From the NCBI GenBank assembly GCA_030390025.1, contig CM059438.1, positions 82,460,001-82,524,000 on the forward strand: a DNA stretch of 64,000 bases. The letters run 5' to 3'. Positions 49,390 to 61,894 of this stretch are shown piece by piece; within the stretch, counting starts at the first letter, position 1; each line of letters starts with the position of its first letter. The notes under the pieces are model-generated. The model saw nothing but the letters and a program-made list of their open reading frames with translations. It searched no databases and was not told the origin of the DNA. This stretch comes from Squalus acanthias. Taxonomy: Eukaryota. A program made the position numbers and the translations under genes.

Positions 49390-50680
49390 GACATCCTCTG
49401 CTACTGTGACCATGACCCATTTTCTCTCTCAATGCTCTAGGCCAGTCAACATGGCCGACTACGCCATTCTCCTCCACTTCCTCTCTCATGGTTACACTCC
49501 TACTTGTCTCGGTCACCAGCAAATCTCTAGCCCCTACACAGTCACCCGTAAAGTGCCACAAGATTACATGCTTAGCAACCCCCTCCCACCCACCCTGTCC
49601 TCTTGTTCATTTGTATGCTGCCCCTCAAAGACATTACCTGCAGGGAAGGTGTCAGTTTCCATAGGTGTGCCAATCATACCCAGCTCTACCACTACCATAA
49701 CTCTCAATTCTGCAACAAATTCTGTGCTGTCAGACTGCCTATCTGACACAGAATGGTACCAGGGATGAGGGTCTTCAGTTATCTGGAGAGACTGGAGAAG
49801 CTGGGGTTGTTCTCCTTAGAGCAGAGGAGATTTGATAGAGGCATTCAAAAAATCATGAATGCTTTTGACAGAGTAAAGAAGGAGAAACTGTTTCCAGTGG
49901 CAGAAAGGTTGGTAACCAGAGGACACAGATTTAAGGTGATTAATAAAAGAACTAGAGGCGACATGAGGAAACAAATTATTATTTTTTTATACAGTGAGTT
50001 GCTGTGATCTGGAATGCACGGCCTGAAAGAGCGGTGGAAGCAGATTCAATAGCAACTTTCAAAAGGGAACTGGATAAATACTTGAAGGGAAAAAATGTAC
50101 AGGGCTGTGGGGAAGAGTGGGGAGTGGGATTAGTTGCATAGCTCTTTCAAAGAGCCCGCACAGACACGATGGGCCGAATGGCCTCCTTCTGTGCTGTATC
50201 CTTCTATGATTATATTGCCCAATGAATTACTGAGAAAATCAAACTCATCTTATTTGGTTTGTACCAACAACTTTTGTAACGCTGTTCCGATTCTATCGCC
50301 TCTCCAACTGTTTAACCGCGAGCTGAGTTTAGAACTCCGTGTCCTACCTTTCATAAAGACTACTTACTTTTACCTGCACACCTCCACCCTTAGTCATCCC
50401 TACTACCACTAAAACACTTATCCATACTTTTGTTACCTCGAGGCTCACCTCCGCCAACACCCTCCTCGTCAGCCTCCACAAAATCCACATTTTCCATAAG
50501 CCATCTTTACCATGCTACTTAGTTCCATGCCTTTAAATGCCTCTTCGAAACTCGTCTTTCGACTGTGCATTTGATCATCATTCCTTATTAATTGTAATCA
50601 GTGGCTGCTCTCTCTCATATGAAACACCGTGGCGTATTTTATTATATTAAAAGTGCTATATAAAGAGCAAATTGTTGTTT
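49390..50680 (+). mobile_element. Old L2 fragments interrupted by a younger CR1 3' fragment (49762-50212)
   Basis: CR1 part: SYLERLEKLGLFSLEQRR, TRGHRFK, end gggccgaatggcctccttctgtgctgtatccttctatgatt. L2 part ends in gtgctatataaagagcaaattgttgtt. Confidence 0.75.
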
Positions 50681-51379
50681 TTCAAGGTTGGTTTGAGATT
50701 GCACAGTCACAGATTAACGTGGCAAGTAGTAAGGAACAAAACAAAACAGTTAAAAGCTTAAAATTTATATTTAAATGTAAAAGTTTCATGATGACTCTAG
50801 GCCCACTCTGTGCTGGGAATATTGTACAAGTAGACGTTGCTAGTCTATACTGAAAAAAAGTGCAGCAGTGAACTTTAGTAACTGAATAGTGCATACTTCC
50901 ACTTTTTCTTTTAGAAATGTTAGCCTGTAGGGTATCTCGCTTCCAAGAGGATCAAATCATTGAAACCTGCCAAAAATGTGAAAATATTCACCCCTGGGTA
51001 CTGGATCACTTGCATCACTGAAGTCACCATCCCATTTATTTTGAGAGTGGGGCGTTGCTAAACTGGGACAGTGCCAGCTCGAGTCCTGCCAGGAATAAAT
51101 CAGTGTCACCACCTGAAGTACATAACTTTTTATCAATTTTTACTACTACTACTCTAAGTAATAAGGCTGGCAGAAAATTTCTAATAAGTAGCATTGATGG
51201 GTCTCTTGTGGCCACTGACTCTGCTCCACATCTTTCAGAACTCCTCCATCACTCGTTGCCGGACAGGATCCTTAAGCTCTATTTGCATGCTCATTTTGGC
51301 TGCCATTCCAGACTTACGCCCTTTACTTCTTTCTCCCCCACGCTTTTATCTTGTTTCCTTCCCTGTTCTGTCACCTAGC

Positions 51380-52465
51380 CATGTCTCTTAATTTCTCCCC
51401 AGTTACTTTGTCCCCATCCCTACCCCAACCCACAATACTCCTCTGCCTTCTATTCACCCCAAAACAAGGTTCTTGCTATCCATGACCTAACTGCGGACGG
51501 TTGCATTAACAGCCTGGCTTTGACTGAAACTTAGTCCACAAGTGGCGATATCTTGCCTCATACTGAAGCCTCTCAACCTGGATATATTTTCCACCACCTT
51601 ACCCACCCAAACCGCCACAGTAGCGGCATAATTCTTACCAAGTTATACTTTGGTCTATCCCCATCTCATCTAGCAACTTCTCAAACTTGGAGCACCTCAT
51701 CCCGTTCCACCACCTCCTGCCGATCTCATAGATGACATGATCTTAGGAGAGGACATGCAGAAAGACGAGGGGGGGTTTGGCTCATTTGTTTCCACTTTTA
51801 CCTATGCGATTATAGCCAGGACATCTTTAGCAATGGCTTCTCTTGCCACCTCTGCACCACCCACTTCGGAGTCCTCCAAGGATCCATCCTTAGCCCCCTG
51901 CTCTTCCTTATCTACATACTGCCCGTTGGTGACATCATCCGCATACATAGGGTCAGCCTTCACATGTACGCGGATGACGCCCAGCTCTACCTTTCCACTC
52001 CCCCTTTTGACCCCTCCACTGCTTCTTTGATGTCAGACTGCGTCTCCAACATCCAGTCTTAGAGGAACTGCAACTTCCTCCAGCTAGACACTGGGAAGAC
52101 AAAGCCACTGTAGCTTCAACACTGACTCGAATCCCCGCTCTTGCCATTGGCTCAGGCTGCTCTCAACTTGGCATTCTATTTGAACCCAAGCTGAGCTTCC
52201 AACACCATTTTCTTTACATCAAAGACTGCCTATTTCCACCCCTTTAACATCGCCTGCCTTGGTCCTTACCTCAGCCCATCTGCTACTGAATCCTTCAGAC
52301 ATGCCTTCGTCACCTCCAGACTGGACTGTTCCAATACTCTCCTGAATGGCCTCCCATCCTCTACCCTCCAAAATTCAGCTCATCCTAAGCACTGCTGTCT
52401 GTATTCTATCCCACCCCAAGTCCCAATCGTCTATAATCCCTGTCCTCGCTGTCCTACATGGGCTG
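51380..52465 (+). mobile_element. Old, internally deleted L2 LINE (endonuclease and RT remnants)
   Basis: LALTET (ctggctttgactgaaact), GVLQGSILSP and FHMYADD (ttcacatgtacgcggatgac) remnants; 52220-52460 aligns with 17555-17800. Confidence 0.75.
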
Positions 52466-53161
52466 GGTGGCCTTCCTCATCTGTAACATTGTGCTTGGAA
52501 CAGAAGAAAATGAAAACTCAATTGAAATTTGAGAGATTTAGTATTATTACACAATTAATACAAAACTGAAATTAACAGTCAAAATAAGCATTTAAACCTC
52601 CACAAAAAAGCTATCCCTGAACACCTGCTTGGTGAAAAAGTCTATAGAAACACAAGTAAAGTATTTTTTGATCCTTTAAAAAGGTAAAAAAAAAATTGAG
52701 AAATATTATTGTGGAGAATAGTTTGACTATATTAACACCATGCAAAAAATTCAGCACTACAATGTTTTCATGAATGCTGGGGAGCTGGGGGAAACAAAAT
52801 CTACTGGTGAAAAATCACTGATTTAAGGTATTAATGGACAGCAGAGATCATCACAGACAAGCAGATTTTCTCTCTGTGGTGTGTGCAATCCCATAACTCC
52901 CCCAGTCATGCTCAATTGATGTGCGTCCAGCCATCTGGGTGCACATCAAGCCTTATCTCTCTGACCAACACTTACAAAGGATACCTAAAATAATTAGCAG
53001 ACATCTGTTATAGCTCCAAATTGTGCTCTACTTACTTGGCATTATACCAGTATGTCCCTTATTACTGGTTAAATTCTTTTCTGCAATACTTTTCTCTATA
53101 ATGATCATTTTGTCCTTCTCCATTATATTTTTGGAGGAGGGTGGGGAGGGGAAAAAAGAAA

Positions 53162-53889
53162 GGCCCTGAATTTGCGGTGGAGGCTTCCCGGGGGGAAATG
53201 CCTCTGATCCACAAATAAAATGCCCGCGTACCTGGTGGTCCGGGAGGTACGGAGATTCGCGGTCCTGGGCCTCTCTGGGTACCCGCAGGCAGAGGCCCAC
53301 GTATCCCGGGGCGCATGCGGTTTGGAAGCGCCCCTGGGATCACATGGGCCAGCCCAACGAATGAATGAAGGGAATCCCCATTCATGCTTATGGGGATTCC
53401 GTATGTACAGAATCCCCATAAGCATGCATGGGAATACCCCAAAAAATACATCTACACATCAAATAAATAAAAAGTTACATATTTAAAATGCCATTTAATT
53501 CAATATTTTAAACTAAAATTTATTGTTTTGAAAAATAAATTTAAAAGGGGCTAAAAATAAACTTACCTTATTGTACAGGTTTTTTTAAATGTATAAATGA
53601 CTGATAATTTATTTTAATGTTTTTTTAAACTCTTATGCTGGTAAAAGCAGGCCTTATGTCTGCTTTTACCAGCCGTAAGAATTTCACGGGCATTCGCTGG
53701 GCAGAAGTTGGGCAAATAGCCCCACTCTCCCCCCGGGGATGCGGATGATCTGTCAAGAAGATTCTCGACAGATCGTAAGTTCCGGGATTTCGCGCATGCG
53801 CTTCGCATTGCCTAAACCCGGAACTTGCGCGGCCCTTACGGGTGTGTACGCACTACGTATGCGCCCGTAGGGGCCACAAATTACGGCCC
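53162..53889 (-). mobile_element. MITE, Harbinger-like, inverted relative of 32924-33641
   Basis: Termini ggccctgaatttgcgg / ccacaaattacggccc; internal sequence is reverse-complement similar to 32924-33641 (gggatcacatgggcc, aactcttatgctg..., cccgtagggcc). Confidence 0.82.
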
Positions 53890-54059
53890 ATCAGTGTTAG
53901 TTTTCCTAGGCCACAACCGTACACCCTCCAAACAGCTAGCTATAAAGTACCACTAGCAAATGCATAGGGCCCGGTTGATTGATCACCCTCTTGGCCACAA
54001 TGATGCGTGGAGCAAGAATCGACAGAAAAAGTTATGCATATTTTTTATATATAAAGGTT

Positions 54060-54063
<4 letters not shown>

Positions 54064-54092
<29 letters not shown>
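54064..54092. repeat. (TA)n microsatellite
   Basis: About 14 TA units read directly. Confidence 0.95.
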
Positions 54093-54093
<1 letters not shown>

Positions 54094-54872
54094 TCATGAG
54101 CTATTTGCCAACTATTAAGACGTTCCATTCTAGCAATATTTGAAGCAAACACTCTAATTAATATGTTGCAAGATGATTTTACTGCACCACAAGATCAAAC
54201 CATTATGTTTTTATAATGTTTTGGTAAAACATATGATTTGCCTTATTTTATTTATATACAAACATTTCTTTTTATATAGAAAGAGAAAATGGTTCATCAA
54301 TATTTGCATTCTTCATCTATGACTGTGGGTCACATTAGTTGCCTTCCATCATACACTACACTCCTTACCACTATGTAGTTAAGGACAGCACTTCTGTTTA
54401 AGTAGTAAACCATTTTCCACCCGTGACTGCCAGGAAAGCTATCAACCAAAAACCTGAACATGTCCACTGAGACAAGCCTCTTTGGATTTATCCAACGTGA
54501 CTGCTTCTAATTAAATATCTGCCGTAACTGCTTCCTTTGCACATTTATCTTGTGCTGTAGAAAAGAGATCATTGGAATCAGGTAGCATTGTTCACTTTTT
54601 ATTTAAACTTCCCCCCCAAAGTTCTGGCACTAGACATGTAACCTACAATGATACAGTACTTCCATTAACCCCCTACTGCTTTCCCTGGTGAAGCTGTTGT
54701 TGTTGATAAAACTGCCGTATATAGCAATGCTAGTTACAGATCCTTTCTTTGTCCTTTCCTTCAGACCTAGGGTATATTAAAAAAATACAAAGTATTAATT
54801 CGGGGGTAATAAAATGATAACGAAAGCCCAGAAATATAACTAAGCACTATGCATATAGTTTTAAAATGATCT

Positions 54873-55152
54873 CAACAACTTGTATTTATATAGCGCCTTT
54901 AATGTAGTAAAATGTCCCAAGGCGCTTCACAGGAGTGTTATAAAACAAAAATTTGACACCAAGCCACACAAGGAGAAATTAGGGCAGATGACTAAAAGCT
55001 TGGTCAGAGGTAGGTTTTAAGGAGCATCTTAATGGAGGTGAGAGGTGTAGAGGTTTAGGGAGGGAATTCCAGAGCTTGGGGTCTTGGCAGCTGAAGGCAC
55101 GGCCGCCAATGGTGGAACGATTAAAATCAGGGATGCTCAAGAGGCCAGAATT
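54873..55152 (-). mobile_element. L2 3' end fragment
   Basis: Reverse complement of 17928-18226 including (CAA)n tail. Confidence 0.9.
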
Positions 55153-58100
55153 AAAATCATCTCCTCTAATCTAGTACAATTCTGAGATAACACAAAGGTT
55201 TAATGAAGTTTTCAGGTTTATAGTCTAATTGAGAGTTAACAGCAATACGTTTTTCTACAATGGTGCCCTCCCACTATCCCCATACAAACTGCATCCTCAG
55301 AGCAAAGATTACAGGACATGGCCCACAGTAAATGGACACACTCTGAACATACTCTTTCTTCTATTACTCCTAAGGGGCCATGGTAGATAGCATTCATAAA
55401 GTCGACTCCACCTTCAGAGAGTTTATCCAGTATACATTCACATTCATTTGTATAGCTAAGCAAAAGAAAAATTTGGGAGGAGGCGGCTTTGCAGAAAGTA
55501 TTTTCAGGACACTTTTGCCTTAATTGCTATTGTCCACTACCCCAAAGAGTAACCTTCCTATTTAACAACAACTTGTATTTATATAGCACCTGCAATGTAG
55601 TAAAATGTAAAAAATATATATCATTCAATAGTTGGCAAATAACTCATGAAAGTGTGTATTAATATATATTAAAACCTTTAACTTTTATATGAAAAATATG
55701 CATAACTTTTTTTGTTTAAGGGAGACAGTACTGGTCGGAATAAACATTCTGTGCATGAAGTGATGACATCAGATATATTTCGAGTTTGGATTTGTTGTGC
55801 AGGTCAATTTTTATTTTGATGTACAAATCAAAATGTATTTAGGGGCTCCTCTGATGGCAAGCCATTCACTGCTTGAAACAGCAAAGTTATAGGGAATCCA
55901 CAGTGGGTATCCAAAAAACACAAACGGATCAAACACGTCAGCAGCAATGCTAGGAAATGAACGCACTTGCGGGAATCCTCTGTTCTGCCATCATCACATC
56001 AATTATGCTTCACTCTTTTAGTGAGGCAACTGCTCTTCCTTCAAGGCTTCACTGCTTGAAGGATCTGTGCTCTAAAGATTAACCCACCCAAGCCTGATCC
56101 ATCCCAGTGAGCTGCAAATTAAAAATGGTGGAAAGCTCTCTAAATGATTTAATTAATTGTAACTATGGATATAAACATTAAAAAATGTGATTAATAATGT
56201 TGCCATTAAAATGTAGGTGATTTTTTGTGCAAAGAATCTTCAAGAACAATTTACCACACCCAATAATGTTTTGCACCAATATTTATATAGAAATAACTTC
56301 CCAAGAAGAGCAGGTTTTGTTAGAAAAGCCTCTTTTTAAACCTTATAATTCAGTATATCTACATATAATGACATGGGGGAGTCTACTTGTACACTCTGGA
56401 TTCCCCACCATTTCAAAGTTTTGCTCTGCTTCATTGTTGGTGTGATTACTTAAGGACATTTTGATCAGTTATCTTGGACTTCTATCTAGTGTAGTTCACA
56501 TCAATTGTTGAAGGCAAAAGATAATGGACCAAGTATTCTTGAGCAATGACACTTCATCCAGCACTAAAAAGGAAAAAGATTTGTCAGCTACTTACATGCT
56601 GAAGATAGTGTAACATTTTACCAAGACACCTCTGTTTTTCATAAAAGTATAGCTGAAGGATTGTAAAATTTTTAATACCTCTGCACTGTGATTATGTTGT
56701 GTATTTTCTGCAACTTTATATACACAATTAATGCAATGCTTTCTATGCCAGCACACTTATGTAACAGCTTCCAAAATTACCGTTGAAGATTAAGAACCTG
56801 AGTTTGCCCGATTTCCAGTCTAAAAACTTTTCCAGTTTCAGTAGCTCCAAATTTTGGTCATCAAAGTAATTTTTGATGGCCAAGCAAAGGGAGCCAAATC
56901 CATAATCTGGTGGCTAACAATTAAAAACAGAATTTGAACAGTGCAGTCTGAAAGAGTCGGTCACAAACTACGACAAATGCCATTACCATTTCCTAAAAAA
57001 AAAAATGTTAATTTATTTCCAGTAGCCCGAAGTTAGTAATTATTTCTACGAAATTTTGCTCCAACACGTAAAACTTTGCAGAAAGTTCAGTGTCAGATTA
57101 CCGATAGTCAAGAAACTAGTAAACAGATGAGAATTTTACGGTGTCAACTTAAGGAAGGTCACTTAGCTAACAAAGGTACCCAAAAGTTTCATCGGTTGCT
57201 TTACAAGAGCAGCTCTTAGAAATCCTGCTTTTTGATGCTAGGGATTGACAGGCAATTAAATCAGTGCTCGCAAAACACAGAAGTTATTAAGAAACCAAAA
57301 AAAAAAAACTAGTCACCTTCATAATAGGTAATAAAAATTGCACACATGAACATTATTTAACCAGAGGATCAGTGCAGTTTTACTAGTGTGGGCACAGGTC
57401 CCTGACAATGGGCTGAAATATTCTTGAGTACTAATGGTACACACCAAGGAGAAAAAAGTAAACTTTCAAATCATGGAGAATACTCAAAGCAGATCAATTA
57501 AACGCACTGATTTTTAGCCTATGACATGTCGTCAGTCAGTAAGATGTAGCATTTTCATTCATGTGTATGGTGTACATAGGTTACTCACTCAGTTAGCTGA
57601 ACCATTTATATATTTTAGTAGATATATAGCACCGGAATGGTCATTGTAAGCTCATTAATTCAAGTACTTAAACTGAAGAACATCTTACGATGGCTGTGTA
57701 GATGAATCGATAGGGATATACAATATTTTCTATACTTTATCACTTTTTGCACACTTCATCATTTTCTTCCTTTCAGCTGAAGGACACACAAGTGAGATAT
57801 GGGCTTTTCAATGACAGAAGACACACTTGCTGTTGTGAAAAACTGCTGGTCTCACTCTTTTCTTTGCCCGGACTGATGAAACTTATCACGAGTGTGACTG
57901 GTTGATTTGATTTCTTTTTGAATGCTTAAATGACTTTTATAAAGCCATTACACAACCATTCCTTAACAAGTTAACCATCAGTCATCTGAAACAAAAAGTT
58001 TCAAAGCTGTCCAACTCAAGTTTGTTTCTTTCCTCACTCCTCCCCCAGTGTACTGATATCATATTCCAATCTGGGCATCGACATTTATTTTTTGGAAACA

Positions 58101-58753
58101 TGAAAAGCCCTTTGAAATTATTGCTTGCTTTTCAGTTTCTTTGCGATGTACAGGAGGCATTAAATTGAGCTAACGCAATTGATAAAACACAGTAATTATT
58201 CATTCTGTAATGTACCAAAATACCAATACAAATTATTGACACTAGATCCAACAGTTATACTTCAAAACTATTTTTGGAACATTTTTATTGATGCATTTAA
58301 CTTTGCACTTGAAAAATGCTACTTGTGCTTTCATCATATACCAGAATTAGTGTTAGTCAATATTTAAATTAAAAAAAACATTTAAAGAAATGTTTTCTAT
58401 ATGGGATTTAATATTTTCATTTCATGTACCTTTATGCACTGGTATTGCAGAATGCAGAATTTACTCATTACTAAAGAATGGCTTCACCTACTTACTGAAG
58501 CCACTCCAGGTACTACTTCCAGAAATAGTAACCAGCAAAATAAAAATGAACTAAAATTTCAAAGTGGATTGAAATGCACAGGTTAAGTAATGTTTTTCTG
58601 GTCATAGCTGAGAGCCCTCTAATGCAGGCGAGAACTGTTTAAACATTACCCTGGCACGATGAACTAATCTCTCCCTTGCTAGTGAGATAATGTGACCCCC
58701 AGAATGCATAAAGTCACCCAAAAAGCGAACAAAAGCAGCTCTCAAAAATACAG

Positions 58754-58965
58754 NNNNNNNNNNNNNNNNNNNNNNNNNNNNNNNNNNNNNNNNNNNNNNN
58801 NNNNNNNNNNNNNNNNNNNNNNNNNNNNNNNNNNNNNNNNNNNNNNNNNNNNNNNNNNNNNNNNNNNNNNNNNNNNNNNNNNNNNNNNNNNNNNNNNNNN
58901 NNNNNNNNNNNNNNNNNNNNNNNNNNNNNNNNNNNNNNNNNNNNNNNNNNNNNNNNNNNNNNNNN
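58754..58965. other. Assembly gap (212 N)
   Basis: Run of N; ORFs spanning it are artefacts. Confidence 0.99.
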
Positions 58966-60643
58966 GTTGGCACATCTGGACTGCAATGCCACAGCTGAGG
59001 GTGAACAATGGCTCTTGGCAAGTGGCCAAATTGCTTGCAGACGCTAGCAGGTTTGATCCACAACCACCCTACCGGCTTTTTATGTGAATCAGATTTCAGA
59101 GTGTTAAATGCTCCTCTGCCATTTTTTACAGCTCTTATCGGCCCCACCGAATATGGCCTTGAGACAGCTCATCCATGTCCTTTTCTACTTTATCTATTGA
59201 AACTTTTAATAAAACTTCACGTTTCATCCCCAGATAGTTAATTAAATCTTTGACAGATTATACTCCAGAAAAGACTTTTAAAAAAGAAAAATTGCTGAAA
59301 ATCTACTTTTACAATCTGATGGTATTTTGTGGATGAGGTTTCAATGTTAAACCTTTTACGTAAAAGAACTCTGATTGGTTTTAACACAGACAGAAACTTG
59401 AGTATATTAGAAACCATTAACTCAGGCGAGAATGGATCTGTATGCTTTATACATCAGATTGTGTGAAATATTTTGAGCGTTTTATTTTAAACTTCAGTGG
59501 TGTATGGGATTTAAAAACTAATCCATGACAAAATGATATCCAAAATACATGTACCTTTGTCCACAACTAGACAGTTTTACATGTTGTAGTAGCTAATGAT
59601 GTTTTACTATTTCGCATTCGGGTACAGAAGATTAGAAATATTCATATGGTAAGTGTTTTAAAGATCTACCAACTCCAGAGTTTCACATTAAAAAAGCTAA
59701 AGGACTTCAAGAATAAACGTTAGATACTTAGCAAACCTTTTTTTCCCCAACAAAAAAGTAGTCTTATTTTAGAATTCATATTTTCGGACCCTTCCGTAGA
59801 GCCCTGAAGGCTATCCATCTGGTGCATTAAAAAGTCAAGCCGACATGCTCCGATGACATCGGCTAAGGGGATCCCCATGGACTGCATCCACTACCTAACA
59901 CTAACAACACTGTAGTTGGTACGTTTCCAGACCAATCAGGAGTGGTCTTTTAAGCTCAGACCCCACTGAGATTTTAATAAGTTTTTGCAAAATCTCTACA
60001 GGGATTACACTTTTCTAGGTATTTTTTGAAAAAGGTTACCAATTAGTCTTGAAATGAACCAAACTATGCCACCAACAATGCCAGCTCGTGGACATGGTCT
60101 ACTGGAATCCCCTTGATGGATGTCAGAGTAAGTTGGTTTGTCTTTTTAAATGCATCCCTAAAAGATCTGCAGAACAGCTTGTAAGAACTTTTAAAAGATT
60201 GAATTAATTACTTACTCCTATTTTACAGTTTGTTTCAAAAGTGAACTGATCATAATACAATGAATGAGATGTTAATTTCATAGTCTGTTTTTAATGTATT
60301 GGTGTACCATTATTAAATACTAAAATGGAACCAGTGCAGATAGTTCCTAGATAGGTTCATTATTATTACAAAGAAAATTATTACAATCTTGTTTCCATTA
60401 TCCCAACTTCAAGATTATTTTCTCATTTTGCAATGGTCATCGATGGTAATCTATATTACTGAGTACTAAATAGTACCTGCACTGACAAAAAGACTAGTAA
60501 ATGACAGTATTGGAGCACCAGTCAAAAGAATTACAGAACTACTAGCACAAACGGAGGCCAATGTGCCCACTGCACCTGCTAACTCTTGAACCAAAACTCT
60601 CAACTCTAAACTAGTTTTCCTGCTCTTTTCCTCGCATCATATT

Positions 60644-61610
60644 GGCCCGAAAATTAGACCTAATACGCGAGAGTACGCACTGTGTACTCTCGCGTTTTAG
60701 GTCTCCAATTGCCGGTTTCCAGCATGCACTGCGCATGCGCGGGAAACCGGCACTTCATGAATTCAAAAGGGGGCGGTTCCTAAGTGAACCGCGTGCGCGC
60801 TACAGGCTGCGCGCACGCAGTGCACTTAGTGCTTTGAACGCGCAGGTAAGCATGGAAGATTTTACACATAAAGAAAGGAGGCGTAAGACCCTCTTTTAAC
60901 AAGGTAAGTAGTTAATTAAGTATTATTTTAAATTTTTTTCAACAGGTTTATCTTTTTTAGAGACTTTAAAGAAAGGTAAGTTTATTTTTATAACTTTTAA
61001 AAAAGATAAAACATTTTCAAAAATTTAATTTTTTGTTTAAAGTGGTTAATTTATTTAACTATACTTATTTTATTAATGTGATGGCTTTTTTTTTTATTTA
61101 ATGGAGGTTTAGCTGTTCTTTTGGGGGGTATAGATTCATAGCTTTGACAGGTCTTCCTGTCAAAACTATGAATGAAAGATGGAAAACGCTGGAAAAACTC
61201 AGCAGGCCAGGCAGCATCCGTAGAGAGAGAAAGAGAGTTGACGTTTCAGGTCGATGACCTTTCATCAGATGAAAGGTCATCAACCTGAAACGTCAACTCT
61301 CTTTCTCTCTCTACGGATGCTGCCTGGCCTGCTGAGTTTTTCCAGCGTTTTCTGTTGTTATTTCGGATTTCCAGCATCTGCAGTATTTTGCTATCGAATG
61401 AAAGATGGTGTGCTGCCATTGGCTCTAACTGAATCACATGATCCCAGAGCTCGCACGAACTAATTGCGTCTCTGGGTCACGCAAGCACTGCACAGCTGCA
61501 GCCTTGAAACTAAAGTTCGTGTGGGCCCGGAGGAAAAAGGTAGGCGCGGAGTGAGATATCGCGGGGAAGCCTTACCCCCGCGTCAACACTCAGTCTTTAA
61601 TTTCTGGGCC
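60644..61610 (+). mobile_element. MITE, Harbinger-like, containing a nested Penelope fold-back insertion
   Basis: Termini ggcccgaaaatta / taatttctgggcc; shares gcgcatgc, aaccggcacttc, ggtaagtttattttt and catgatcccag with the 32924 and 53162 copies. Confidence 0.75.
61183..61395. mobile_element. Palindromic mini-Penelope insertion (family A), two head-to-head hammerhead segments, 13-bp TSD
   Basis: 85-bp inverted arms 61182-61266 and 61268-61352 with 1 mismatch; GAATGAAAGATGG duplicated at 61170-61182 and 61396-61408. Confidence 0.9.
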
Positions 61611-61624
61611 AGTATATTCTTCCT

Positions 61625-61875
61625 TTTCAAAGATTTATCCAATTTCCTTTTAAATAATGTTATAATCTCTGCCTCAGCAGCTACTTGTGGTAAAGTATTT
61701 CATGCTCTAACAACAATGGGAAAAAATGTCTTCTGACTTCCCCCTTCATTGCCCAGTAATAATCTCAGACTATGACATCTTGTTACCAACCTGTGGAAAC
61801 AACCTTTCACTATTTACCCTCTTGGAACCTCTCAGAATTCTGAAAGTCTTTTAGATCCCCCATAACCCTATCTGC
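61625..61875 (-). mobile_element. Degenerate CR1 3' fragment
   Basis: atttatccaatttccttttaaat...tgtggtaaagtatttcatgctctaacaac...ggaaacaacctttcactatttaccc; resembles 34630-34860 and 16830-16950. Confidence 0.6.
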
Positions 61876-61894
61876 TACATATCATAGGATATTA

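Noticed and set aside
56030-56066. Minus-strand ILQAVK resembling SIN1 ILLKAVKRRK
   Set aside because: In-frame stop follows and no further similarity or splice sites.
57873-57900. CTGATGA heptamer (also at 28373) as a possible hammerhead or C/D box
   Set aside because: No helix II, downstream GAAA or terminal stem.
58602-59147. Longest ORFs in the supplied track
   Set aside because: Artefacts of reading through the N gap.
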